A DNA stretch of 33,657 nt from Trichosphaerium sp. ATCC 40318 (lineage: Eukaryota; Protista; Tubulinea). The translations under genes and the position numbers were made by a program. This document shows, in pieces, positions 1-12,787 of this stretch. The notes under the pieces were generated by a model that did not search any database, was not told the DNA's origin, and saw only the letters and a list, made by a program, of their open reading frames with translations. The stretch covers positions 1 to 33,657 of the forward strand of contig JALMLS010000152.1 of NCBI GenBank assembly GCA_038496445.1, written 5' to 3'. Every line of letters starts with the position of its first letter. Position 1 is the first letter of the stretch.

Positions 1-108
1 AAAGTAGCTATACCAACAGACCTAAACACAGTAAGTCCAAAGAAAAAAGCGATAAAAAAAAACTCACCAGACGTCAAAACTTGACCTTACCCTTTTTGTT
101 AATGACAT
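1..108 (-). pseudogene. Partial duplicate of the Ser/Thr kinase C-lobe (subdomain IX, FDVWSVGIATF); runs off the window edge
   Basis: Reverse complement of 1-79 is near-identical to 6961-7038, including the intron gtgagttt...tgtttag. Upstream sequence does not match the kinase; an in-frame ATG lies at 108. Confidence 0.6.
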
Positions 109-248
109 ACGCCCATGGTCCTCACTTGCATAAACCTGAGCGCCTATAATAAAGCAACTCGCTCAAATACATAAGGAGAAAAGTGATTGTACAAGAATCA
201 AACGAAACACGTGACTTCGTATTTTTCAAGTAAGGGAAGTTTTATTTG

Positions 249-699
249 TTATTTATGAAGCTTTGTACTTATCATCTAAGTATATAATGCTCCATGACTG
301 TCACTAACAGCCACAACATCACCTGCTTTAATTGTAACCGAACCAGCATTGAAATCATTATTTACACATATTACAGCTGTTTCGAGGATAGAAGCAAGTT
401 TTGGGTATCGTTCAGCTAATATTGTACCAAATTCAACGCTAGTTGTCTAAAACGCATTAAACCTACTTACAAGAGCGTCACATACACAACAATACCTCAT
501 TCTTCACTTCTATTTGTATTTCTTTCGTACCCAAAGCCTCTCTTACCTTGCCGAAGAACAGACAGCTCACCCTCATCTTCTATAATCCCTTGTTAACCTG
601 ATTGCAACAAAATCGTTATTACTGTACCCCAGGAGGTGTATATTCTTTTTCACCAGCAAGAACTTTTGTTCCTACCTTACCGGATGTGAAGTGCATCAT
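249..699 (-). CDS. MoaD/MOCS2A/ThiS-like beta-grasp sulfur-carrier-like protein lacking C-terminal Gly-Gly
   Basis: Spliced translation MRVSCLFFGKVREALGTKEIQIEV...LAERYPKLASILETAVICVNNDF...IKAGDVVA resembles the MoaD family. Start is 699 or 576; stop is 249 (extra intron) or 276. Confidence 0.7.
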
Positions 700-1153
700 A
701 TTCTTTTACAAGGATGAGAAATGCACTACTTAACACTAGCGTACCATGTTGAGATGTTAGGTTTTCGTGCTAGTTTGAGTCAACGACTTTTTTGTGCCGT
801 TTAGAAAATTCGCAAAGTTTTGGAAAGTTCACATTAAAAGAATACTATTGTAACGTTAAAGGATCACTGCTTTTGGTTCTTTGGTACCGTCATTTAAGTG
901 TCGAACAGTTGTTTATACGAAACACAAACCTAAAGGTACGTAACACGGCGTTTTGCCGGAGAAAAAAACGCAAACCGTTAGAACACCTTAAAACTATCAA
1001 CTAGGCTTTGTTTTCGCGTAATTGAAGCTCGGACTTTTTTTTCAAAGCTCAGCAGCGAATTTCATAAGAAACAGGCTTTGAGTACCACAAGTGTTCGTGA
1101 ACGAGATTTTTGGCGTATAAGAAGTCGTGTGTAACTTTGCTTTGATAAGTTAA

Positions 1154-3396
1154 ATGCCTTATATCAGAAATCCGCGAGGATATCAAAACAAGCCAAAAGA
1201 AACTATATTAGAACAAATGAGGTGTTTTTATTTCCCCGTGTGTAATTGCAGTGCTGCGAAGATTCCCATGCAGTTCCTGTTTTACTACATTGACTACACA
1301 TAAGCAACTGGTTTTACGTTAAAATACATGTTGTTTTGAGGCTGCTTGCGTTGCTACAAAGGCAGAAAAACAGTTGACAAAGTTTGACAATTGCGTTTTG
1401 TGTTTCGTTTTTTCGAAAAGGGTTTTGGTCTCTTCGCAACACGTGCTCCTAAAAATGAAGGCTATTAGAAAGAACTTGCGTAAGATGACTAAAGGGCTGT
1501 CTAAGACTAAATCACGTGAAAACCGACGAAAGGATTTAAAGAGAGACTCACGGAGCGAGTCCGCGCCTGCAAAGAAGAAGAGAACTATAAGCGAATCATC
1601 TTTAGCAAAATCAAAGGCGAAGGCAAAACAAATGAAAAAAGCAAGCACTCTACCGCCTTCACATAGCATATGGGATTACAAAGAGCAAGTGACAACACCA
1701 TATTTATCATACTTTTTCTTATTTGTACCATTCTTAGACAGAAACGAGAAAAGGTGTTTGATAAAGGTCTATATAAACCAACGCTTGTGCGTAAAACGAG
1801 CGTAGGACAACTTGAGTCGCATGGTACGCACAGAAAGACCAAAATAATCGTTTCTTTTTTCATGAGAAGTAAAAAAAGAGCAAAAAAATAGCGCTATTTT
1901 GCGTGAAGTTATATGGGTTGGGACCGTACCCATGTGTCGTCATACTTTACTAAATTACTTAGAACGCAGTAACCGGAACTTCTCTATGTCTTCACCTGGA
2001 GAGCTCGAAAGTATAGGTACTACTGGCACCACGTGGCTTTTATCGCGTCATTTGACTATTTGTGTATTTATGAATTTCGAACAGGTCTTTTGCTTCCACC
2101 TGATGCGCTTATGGGAGGTACCCTTCGTATAAAAGATGATACACTGCGTGAAAGCGATGCTACACCTACAACGTGGCCATCTAAAGGTGGAACAGCGGTA
2201 TGTTCAATTTATTGTGAAAAAGAGACAAAAACAGCAAGAACAAGTGTTTAACAAGTCTGATTGTTATTGTAGTCGCAGTCGCACGACTTGATTTCAGTAG
2301 AGGAAGAATCGGCTTTATTGTCAGGAGTGGGGTCGGCAGATTCTTTTATTGTGCCTGTATACAATGGATCAGTAAGAGGACAACACGGGAAAGAATTAAT
2401 AAAGGGTATGATTTGTCAAGTTGCTCTTTTTTTTTTTTGGAGGCTAACTTCGACTGTAGACAACTTTCTCAATACAGCGTACTACCTGGATGGAAACTGG
2501 CCAAGCAGGGTATTGAGTGAGTGAACTGATAACACGATAATAAAATAATCACTGCGAGATTGTTAACCTTCTTTATTTAGAGCCCAAGAGAACAACAAAA
2601 ATGGGGCAGTATATTATAACAGAAGAAGGAGATAATGAGTTTAAATATTATATTGATGGTACACAAACAATCCATTTTTTTTTGTTTTAATTGGAACTTC
2701 TGACACGTGATTTTTTTGAGAATTGTTTCTTATTTTTTTTTCTTAAAATAGGTCCTACGGGTGTTATAACAGTATCGCTTACTGATGATATTGAGAATGA
2801 ACCGAAAATCGTAACAGCGTTTGCGAAAAGTAAGTCTAAAAAAGAGTGTAAAAATTATCAGATACAAAAACCTATCGGACATTAACACATTATAGGCGAT
2901 CTTGTAGTATCTTGTGGTCAAGCATTAAAGCAGAACAATTGTGGTACGTTTCATGTCTTTTTTTAGAAATCGTTTAGATCACGTGATTTGCTTTTTAACG
3001 CTACTTTTAGATGATATCTATAATTTTGTTGATAGACGCCAGAATGTTCTTTTCAGTATGACACTCCTCGGACAAAATAGAGCTATGCAGATAATGCTCG
3101 ATACAAATTCTGCCATGTGTCATACATTTGTAGCCATAGCAATAATAGTAGCTCGGGTACCATCGTACATAAGACAGCTATTTACTAACTGAGCTGTTTA
3201 GATTTTTTATTTTTTTTTCGAAAGGATAAAACAAAAAAATCAACCTGTAAATAATAAGACATTCTCAAAATGTGACAAATGCAATGGCTCTGGAAAAATA
3301 GCATACCGTTCAGGAGACATGGCTTGTCATAAATGTAAAGGTTCTGGAAAGGAACGAAGTGATACAAAATCTACAAGGAGTCACATGCAGATTTAG
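1154..3396 (+). CDS. Multi-exon protein of unknown function with Lys-rich N-terminus and C-terminal DnaJ-type zinc finger (2 x CxxCxGxG)
   Basis: Exons join in frame via GT-AG introns and one GC-AG intron (1685-1737). Last exon encodes CDKCNGSG...CHKCKGSG, TAG at 3394-3396. Start uncertain (1154 via intron 1222-1420, or 1455). Confidence 0.55.
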
Positions 3397-3966
3397 GTAC
3401 TTTTTTTTTTCACTTTAACTTTCTGTTGGCACTCATGCACACTCGTTCATCTTTATCATTTCTAATAATCCGTTAACATTTGCTTTAGCAATAATCTTGT
3501 AGTTTTTCAACAAGAAATGCGTACGTGAAGGAATGTGGAAACATAAACTTTACAGAGAAGAATTAATCATCTTGATTGTACAAAAAATATCCACAAGGAA
3601 AACAGCAGGCTCTGTGTATATAAAGCTTAACAGCATCAAGCCATAAAAGATTAACTCCATTTAATTGTAAGGTTTTGTTTTTACTTAAATTGGCATACAT
3701 AGACATGCGGAGGCGTCTGTAATTCGTACATCATAAGCACGTCAATGGTAGAATAAGTCTCATTCGCAAACCAATCCACAATACTGCTAGTATTCAGTGA
3801 AGTGTAGAGATAGAACGTTGTGTTCATGCTTCTAAATGAGTCGTGTTATCTTTACGTTCTCTTAACCTTCGTGTATAGAACAGTGTAGTTTAGCTTTTTG
3901 CAAATTCGCTAAATCAGGACAACAAGTCATCTAAAGTCCAAAATTATTTGAAATATTTCAGCACAA

Positions 3967-5762
3967 ATGGCTGATAATAACGATAGGTAATCCAATAATC
4001 TTTTACAGTGGTTATTAACGATATGTAGAGTAGTTATAGGCCGTCTAGAAGGAAAAGAGGAGATAACTGAGCCAAATCTACAAGCTTTTGTACAGTATAT
4101 CCAAAACGCTGATATTAAACTCAAATCCATCACTATCAATGGCGCTTCGCTTTCGATAACCTCAAAAACAAGCGCAGATCGTAAAAAAATGCTTGACCTT
4201 GGAAGGGCGCCATTTGGTAAAGCTGTGATGGTATTCTACACGACAGAGGTAAAGAAAGAGGATTTGAACGATGGTATGTACAACTTTCCTTATTTAAACG
4301 CTAAACACTTTCACTTAGCTTTGAAGCGCGCTGCGGAGTTAATACACGACAGTGAAGTGATTCTGTTTGCCAGTGGTGCAGGTACCGTACAAAAGCGGAA
4401 ATATGCTCTTAAACAGCGTAGGCTTGGGTGTTGACAGTGGTTTACCTGACTTTAGAGGTATGTACCTATTTATTGAAGCGTTTATTCTTTGAACTACGAG
4501 AATATAACCAAAATGTTACTTTTTAGGCCCTACTGGCTTTTGGAAAGCGTATCCACCTATGAAGCATCTTGGATTAGAATTTTCCCAAATGGTACGCGAC
4601 GTTCACAAGATCAATACAGTCGGTCTAATGAGTATTAGTCCAATCCATCATGGTATGGTTTAGGTCTACAAAAGCGGCGGTTTGTTAACTAGGTTTTAGG
4701 TTTAAAAAAGATCCAGCATTTGCATGGGGATTTTGGTCGCATAGGTAAGTGGTTTTGATTAGTTTAGGTTGCTTAAAGTTTGCGTAGATATCATCTGTAT
4801 GATAGTACAGAGCCACATAGTGGATTTGATATTATGAAGGTACTTACCACACTCAATAAGTCAGTTTGTTTCGCAAGTTTTTTGACAAAAGTTTGTCTTT
4901 TATTTTCTCCGTGCACGTGACTAGAGAGCAAAAAGTTTTTAGCTTACAGCAGCAGATTTTTATTCTTCTCAAACTGATAGTTCGTACATTGTTAACAGCT
5001 GAAATAGTCTTGGGCTGCACAGAAAAAAGATCATTTTTGTTTCACATCAAATGTTGATGGTCATTGGCAAAAGAAAGGATTTGCACCAGAGAAGGTACGT
5101 GATAAAGCATATAAGGGTCCATAACTAATTATTATTAACAGGTTTATGAATGCCATGGTTCTGTACATGCAATGCAATGCACTATAGCGTGCTGTGAAAA
5201 GTTTTGGCCAACAACTGATTTTAAGGTACTCCTTTTTAATACCTGTTGAGCACACCTTCTCATTACTCTTTAGATACCTAGTATAGATGCTAATTTTAGA
5301 GCCCAAGGTGAGCTTCCAAAATGTCCAGAATGCAATCAACTCGCAAGACCTTGTGTTATGATGTTTGGGTACGTTCTTTCTTTTTTCCTTTTTTTTTTTT
5401 TTTTTTACTTTGCATCTATTTTGGAACTGTAGTTTTATCACCAGTAGTTTTTCATTAATATATTTAGTGACGGCGGATACATAGACGCAAGAGATAATAT
5501 TCAGTACAAGAATTATATGGAGTTTATGTACAAAGTCCAAAAAAACAAACTCAAAACAGTTGTTGTCGAGATTGGTGCTGGAAACGCAGTACCAACTGTT
5601 AGGTATACCAGTGAGCAGGTATGCTCTCGAGCAGGGGCAACACTTATTAGAATCAATCCACGTGACCAAGAAGTACCATCAAGGGAGCATGTATCACTAC
5701 CAATAGGAGGATTGAAGGCGCTACAAAGTATAGATGCACTTCTCAAAGAAATGAAAAAGTAG
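3967..5762 (+). CDS. Sir2-family NAD-dependent deacylase (sirtuin) with N-terminal extension
   Basis: Spliced motifs SGAGLGVDSGLPDFRG, FTSNVDGH, ECHGS, CxxxC...CPEC, ARPCVMMFGD, EIGAGNAVPTVR, LIRINP. Confidence 0.92.
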
Positions 5763-5960
5763 CCATTTCCCTCCCCTACAGTGTAGCAAAATTTAAAATT
5801 AAATACCTATTACATGCCCTCGTTCAAGATCAAATTACTTACAAGTCATTTGCGGAGGTTCGAAATTTCGATCTTATTTTTTTTTTTTGTCACAAAGTCT
5901 ATTTTTATCAAACGGCAAAAAAAAACCTAAACGATAACGAGTACTTGATTTCGCCGTATA

Positions 5961-7282
5961 ATGCTTAGAAAACATCGATCAACAGCCAGAGTTGTTTGTG
6001 CGCGTAAACGTATGATTGTTCACGTGCTAGTACGCAGTTTTCTCACGTGTGATAGGCTTAGGACATGCTATACGCATACAAGCGTGGGATGGTGTCGAAG
6101 TTTTATGGCAGTACAATGTAGGTAAGGAGATTGGATCAGGATCGACTTCAGACGTATTTGGAGGCACCAAGAAAACAACAGGTACCTTGCGCTACTACGT
6201 TCACACCATTGTGGGTGACAAAAGGCGATTAGTTGTTTTAAAGAAGCTTACACGTGTCAAGGAGAGGCGGTTGCTATTAAAGTGATATTTCAAGGGTTTT
6301 ATGAACAGAATAAACACCTGATAGCGCGAGAAATAGCTATACTCACAGGATGGACACATCGTAATATTATTAGGCTTGAAGTGGCGTGTATGGATAGAGG
6401 TACGATTTCGAAGATACGTTTGAAATCACAAGAGATTTTTTTTTTGAGTTTTTATTATGATTTTACACGTGCTTTTTTTTTAGCTTGTTTGCTATATAAT
6501 TCTTTACAATAAACTAACGTAAGTGATTAGGTCGCCCTGTGATGATTTTTGAGCGTGCAAGAGAAAGCTTGTTCAGTTATTTAGTGAGACAACCTGTTGA
6601 TGTTTATGAAAAAACAGCACAAAGAGTGATTAAACAACTTTGTATTGGTGTTGGAGAAATACATAAAAGTGGATACGTACATGGAGATGTAAAGTTAGGT
6701 ATGACAAGAGATCGTACACTCGTATAGGAACAACCTTGAGTGATTAACATTTATGTTTTTAGACAACGTGTTAGTTGGTTACGATGATAATGTCAAGCTA
6801 ACAGATTTTGGGTTTGCGCATCCCATAACAGAAGGAGAGAAAGGTTTAGCCCGCTTAAACGGCACTCCACAAGTACCACGCGCACTTGTTATATACTTTT
6901 ACTTATTTATCTATAGTATATGCCTCCAGAAGCTTTTACAGTGGGTTCACACAACGAAACTTTTGACATCTGGTGAGTTTTTTTCCTCGCTTTTTTCTTT
7001 GGACTTACCGTGTTTAGGTCTGTTGGTATAGCTACTTTCGTAATCTTAGTTGGTGAGTTTCCATTGGAAATGCAATCAGATGATATTTCAGAGGTTTGTG
7101 ATAACTTGGTTGAAATATATCACAGAGGGCATGTTGACTCACTTGATTATTTCTCTGAAATGTTACAAGAACATCATATGGATTTCTTAAGTGCAACATT
7201 ATCTGTAAACCCTTCTTGTAGACCTAACGCAAGTATGTGTATGGAGCTTCCATGGCTTAAATCATGTTGTGAGGTGCAGTGA
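5961..7282 (+). CDS. Ser/Thr protein kinase (CAMK-like, non-RD)
   Basis: IGSGSTSDV Gly loop, VAIK, HGDVKLDN catalytic loop, DFG, GTPQYMPPE, DIWSVG after removing GT-AG introns. Confidence 0.92.
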
Positions 7283-7380
7283 TTAATGTAAATAAAGCGA
7301 AGAAAAAAACACGTGATGTGGTTTGAAACTGTTTGTTTTATTTACGCAGACTATCAAACGTATTTCTCTGCAAAGTCTAT

Positions 7381-9969
7381 TTACAGAAGAAAATACAGTT
7401 CCGCGGAAAGTACAATAGCCACTAGTTTCGAGGCAAGTGTAGTAGCAGAAGATACTGAATCTGAAGGAGCATTTGTAGCACCAGGTGCATTCGATGAACT
7501 GTTGAACCACTACTTGGAGTGTTACTTGGTTCAATGACTGTGTCGATAAGGTCAAGTGAGGTATCAGGGCATGTTGTTGGTTCTTGTACAAACGTGATGG
7601 TTCGAGTTTCAGGTCCATCTATTGTAAAGTGTTATCAATAAGGAAGTTCAACGACAGTACAACTTACCAACATTGGCCAAAGGAGGACTCGCAGATGCAA
7701 CAATATCCTGTAATCCGCCGCAAAACAAATTCTCACTGTCAGCTAATCCACAATACCTTTGAGAAGTAATGAGAAGAGTAGTACAAAAAAAAGAAAACTA
7801 CAACGATACAAACCTCATTCTTGGCATCGCTGGATAGTAAATCAAATACGCTTGACACATTTCTTCGCTTGATTCAGTACCAAAGACGATATCAATACTT
7901 GAACTTACTGCGTCGAAATTACAATGTAGATTTATGCGATCACCTCTGGATACTGTGTAGTTGACAGGTGTGAACTGTTGGAATGCTAAATAGAAATGGA
8001 AGTGAGACAAAGTGCGGAGCAGTTGAGGTTCAAGCTATTTGTTCAAACAGACATATTGTTAGAGCTTGTACCAAAATCCCAGAAGTCAATGTGATTTGAC
8101 GTTGCAACAATGTTGCCATCACGTGTTATGTTTGTGTAAATACTTGAGCCTGAGACAAACAATATTTAGTTGTTGTCTTTTGTATCACATAGGTGAGACG
8201 TACCATACTCGTGCATGTGTAAAAAACTGCCAATTACTGTAATCTCATCTTCAACCCATTGGTCACTTGTTGTACAAGCGGAAGAGCAACTTGTTTCAAC
8301 ATGGTGCTATTATAACGGGTAAGGCTGCTTATCAAACATATTGTGCTTACATCAGCAGCGCCAGCAGGGATAGATGGTAGTTCTAACAATGGATCGCCAA
8401 TACTGATGATACCAGCTTCGATTGGTCTTAGATTCGTAGTTGTAAACGCTGCAACACCGGAGCTAAATGGATATGTAAGCGTAAACAAGTTACTGTCTAA
8501 ATAAAGAAAATGACGTACTTATCACGAACGCCAGCATCAAGACTTGGATTATCATAATGAATCTCAACTACCAAATCAGTAGCATCTACTGGGCCTCCCA
8601 TAGGGACACCTTTACCATGTAAGTAAACAAGAATAGAATGGCTGTGGCTGAAAAAACATACCAACATCATGGGGGAATTTGTATCCAAGACCTCCTTTTG
8701 CCCAAGCCCACACAAGTCTACATCCAACCTCACCCTTAGAAGTACTTTAAATAAGAAGTATTACTAAGTTGTTTATAACGTACTTGAGGTGAGTCACACT
8801 CTGCACCAGAACCTCTCCATGTTTCCATCAAAGCACGACCTTCAGGTGTTTCATGCAATCCTGAACAATCATGGAATAACATGTGATGAACGTATTTTTC
8901 ATTGTCAATCACTGGCTCGAACTATTGGTATGTTTAGTTCCAATGAAATACGCCGAAAAGGTTTTACCATCACTGCGTGCACTTTTGTAAGATTCGATAG
9001 TTGGGTGTAATGGCACGAATACGTTGTAACTTTTGCTGGTAGTTCGAAGTCTATAAAACAAGACCAAGCGTTGATTCATTTGTAGTAGATTGTACCGCTC
9101 ATTACAAAAGACTCTTTTACAGTTCCAGAAGGTGGTGTAACCGGGGAATCGCCATAAAACACAGCGGCACTTGCAACTATTTGAGGTAAGCACTAACTTC
9201 AAAGATCACACTCTGCATCAACAACTTTTGTACCTCTGTTTTGTCCATGGTAAGAGAATGTATTGCTCGCTCCCCAAGCTCCAACAATTCTATTTACTCC
9301 ACTTGTAATGACGCGATCCTGAATGAACTGTAAATAAATTGCGAAGAAACAGATTTAAATAGTAGAACTAAATGGTAAAAACAAGACTGTACATTTTGAT
9401 CTCGTGTATCAAGCTTTCTGGTGACTTCAATGGTTGTTGTTGTATTGCTCTGCTCACCAGATACTATTTTCCAATGCTGACAAGAGTCCTTGATTGGTGT
9501 AACGCCAGTCTAGACCAAACTAAGAACAATGCATTTTGTGATATCGCGTACCTTCGTACAGTACATGTCGCTCACTTCAACTCTTCCAGTCATATCTAAA
9601 GGTACGTTAGATTGTAGTCTGTTACTTGGGTACAGTAGGCGGAGGCGTAACCAAATAGGATAGCGTACCATCAACAAAACCCCAAACCATATCAGATCCT
9701 CCCATGCTAAAAAGAACCTATCAATAATGACGATACCACCTACGCACATACCTTCCACTTGTTGGCTCACCAACACCAAAAGAGATAAACCCAATGGTCT
9801 TGACTTCGAAAGCAAAGAAGATGTCTTGGTTTGCTTCATCAACACGCCAAAACAAAGTGAAGATGCCAGGTGATAAAGTTTGTTTGTTTGGGTATTTCAA
9901 CGGATCAAATGAAGCTAAAACGGTCACACAGAAGACAATAAGTATGTACACTGCTGGAAGGGTTGCCAT
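7381..9969 (-). CDS. DOMON-domain copper type II ascorbate-dependent monooxygenase (DBH/MOXD1-like), secreted and probably GPI-anchored
   Basis: Signal peptide, DOMON (MGGSDMVWG, AWG..SYHG), Cu ligands VHHM, EIHYDNP, LHMH, EEMC. As sequenced it stops at 7422; a shifted frame near 7500 gives a Ser/Thr linker and hydrophobic tail ending 7381. Confidence 0.9.
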
Positions 9970-10605
9970 AGTCACTAAGGTTGTTGTCTTTTACAGTAAT
10001 GGTGACTATTTCGGGCAAAGCTTCTCCGATTTTGGTCGTGTCCATTCCTTTGTTTTAAAGAAACATTTTGCCCGTATCGAAATTCCTTACAATTGTACCT
10101 CTATGTACGTGGTACTTTTTTAGAAGACAACCTGGAAATGGGCAAAAATTAAACCCGCTTGCACTAATTCACAAATGTGACTTAACCCAATGTCGTAACT
10201 AAGTAATCTCGGGAAAACACGGGCAAACAAAAGCCCTTGAATGCTTCCCTAAATATCCACTATCACTGGTGTCAACTCTCCGGTGCAGATTTTACCACTA
10301 CACCTATTATAGCAGATTGCTAGTGCTTGATTTTGACAATGATTTTCAACCTTTGTGGTCCAGTATTGATACATGTACTCCTGAGTTTGTTGTATTGTAT
10401 GTTGCTATGAGGTGTACTTGAACGTCAATTCTCTAGAGCGGAGTAACGCGTTTGCAAACTGTCCAACAATTGTTTATGCTCGGTATAAAACGAAGCATGG
10501 GGTGTTGAGTCTTAGAGAACGAGATTAACGCAAGTTCGAAATTACAGTGGTGACGTAAACTTTCTCTGGCAGTAAAAAATCTGCTTGTCTTTGTAATGTA
10601 ATAAT

Positions 10606-10920
10606 TAGAGCTCTAATAAGAAACCCTGTTATCAATTGTAACCGGTTCAGTTATGGTTATAGTGAAAAGGCAAAGTTGTTTGCTTCATTGGAAGCCACAA
10701 AACACTTTCTTTTACATCCAGACTACTCTCATACGCTGTAATAATAATCTACAAGTTTGTTGAAAGTGTCACACTATTTTTATTGAGTCGATTATTGCTC
10801 CAGTTTGCCCTTGCCCAACACTGTTAAGCTCAATATGTCACTGAATCATAGTCGCTAAGAAGTCGAGGTTAGCCTGCTTTCAACACCTAACAGGTAACCT
10901 CTAGTAAAAATAAAGACTTT
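10606..10920 (+). repeat. Copy 1 of a diverged ~300 bp inverted repeat
   Basis: Shares blocks such as ggttcagttatggttat, ttttacatccag, tttttattgagtcgatt, cagtttgcccttg, tgaatcatagtc with the reverse complement of 20710-21009. Confidence 0.9.
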
Positions 10921-11373
10921 TATCATGTTCTTTGCAATTAGTTGCAGAACAGTTAGTGGTAACTAACTTGACCGTAAACGACAATATTGCGGTTAAGAAA
11001 AGGACAATTGAAAGCACATTGCTCGTATGTCAGAGACAAGTTACGCAAGAAGTGTAAAATGTATTTGAGTTGTTTTTATGTTAAAGGAGAGCACACAAAT
11101 GGCATGATTCTGGGTGCAGCAAACTGAAAGGGCAAAGAATAGCATTAAACAGCCATTCACGTGGAGGTTGAGTTCATAATTTTTGCATACCGGCTTAGCG
11201 AAATAGGAGGTAGCCACGTGATAATTTTTTTGCAGAATAAGTCCACATTTAATTGGTAAAAAATACGAACTCAACCCGTCGTGAACATGCTTTGTACTTC
11301 TACAGATCTCACTGCGTACGTTTTGTACAATATTAGGACAGAATCTCACTAGTTACCCTAAAAATGAAATACA

Positions 11374-12692
11374 GTGCCTAAACATATTCATAGGCCATTC
11401 GAATTGCTTTGGCTGCCTACAGAACTTATATTTTGTATTCTGGAGTTTTTGGGCAAGAAATGCCGTTTATCTGCGACATTTGTATGTAAACTGTTTTCTA
11501 CAATCATTCTGGAACATTTGGGGTATATCACGGTGAACGTGAAGTCAAGAGAAGATATGCTCAAACTGAACAAAAGTCCTCTTTTAAAAAATACAAAAAT
11601 AGTTATTGACAATGGTAGTAATACGATTGCTGATGACTTTAAAAATATATCTGGTGTCTATCACCTTGAAATAGGTTCTCATATTCCAGTAACAGATGTT
11701 ATGTTAGGCCATATTTCAGGTGTGCATCATTTGAAACTATCAATAGTGGAACATAGATGTAAGAATATGACAAGCTTGGGATTTAAATCACTTCGTGGCA
11801 TTCACACACTCGACTTTTCATTGGCATATTGTTCTGATGGGTGGCTTCAGCAACTTTCTGGTATTCATACAATCGACATTTCAGGGACTGATATAACAGA
11901 CAGTGGACTCGCAGCACTCTCTGGAGTACACACGATTAATTTAAATTTGTGTGAAAATATAAGAGACAATTGCCATTTCAGATGGCGTATACAAGATTCA
12001 TGTTGGTGCATGTGATATTACAGATGATAGTGTAAAATCCCTAACAAAAGCATGTGAAATATCGTTTGATGGCTGTATAGGCATTACTGATGAAGGAGTA
12101 AAGTATTTGTTATCACAAAATCAAATCACAAAGAACATTAAAAAAATTAGTCTCAGCAACTGCACTCAAATATCAAACAACACGTTGAACCTTTTGGCTG
12201 GCATACCTTTTATAGAGCTTTACAATTGTATACAACTACAAAGTGATACTCTGTCACGTTTTACAGGTGTACAGCATATTGACTTGGGTGGTTGTAAGTC
12301 AGTTACAAATGATGTGATAAAACAATTGGCAGGAGTAAAAGTAATTGATATTTCAGGTAATGATTGTTGACGATAGTACTTTAAAAGCACTTGCTGGGGT
12401 GCATACAATATTTCTTGATGATACACTTGTGACAGATAAAGGTTTACTATACTTGGTTGGTGTTAAATGCATAAGCCTTTGTGCCTGTAATATGATAACT
12501 GACAAAGGAGTTAACAGTCTTATTGGCGTTAGAAAAATTGATCTAAAAGACTGCATCCAAATCACAGATAATGGTGTCAGTAATTTAACAAGCCTTACTT
12601 ATATTTGTTGTTCTGGTACCCCAATAACACAAAGAATGGTTGAATACCTGGGGTGCAGGACTTGCATAGGCTTTTGGCCAAGATGGTTTTAA
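11374..12692 (+). pseudogene. Intronless F-box/leucine-rich-repeat gene, disrupted
   Basis: F-box LLWLPTELIFCILEFL plus ~22-aa LRRs (LSGVHTINLNLC). Frame changes near 11970 and 12361; no in-frame ATG, with an in-frame TGA just upstream. Confidence 0.8.
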
Positions 12693-12787
12693 ACCCTACT
12701 TTTTCAAGTAGCTAGTTTTATTATTTAGTCTCATTAAATCTCTTCCTCAAGGTCAAAATAAATGCCTTACTCAACAAACCTTGTACA

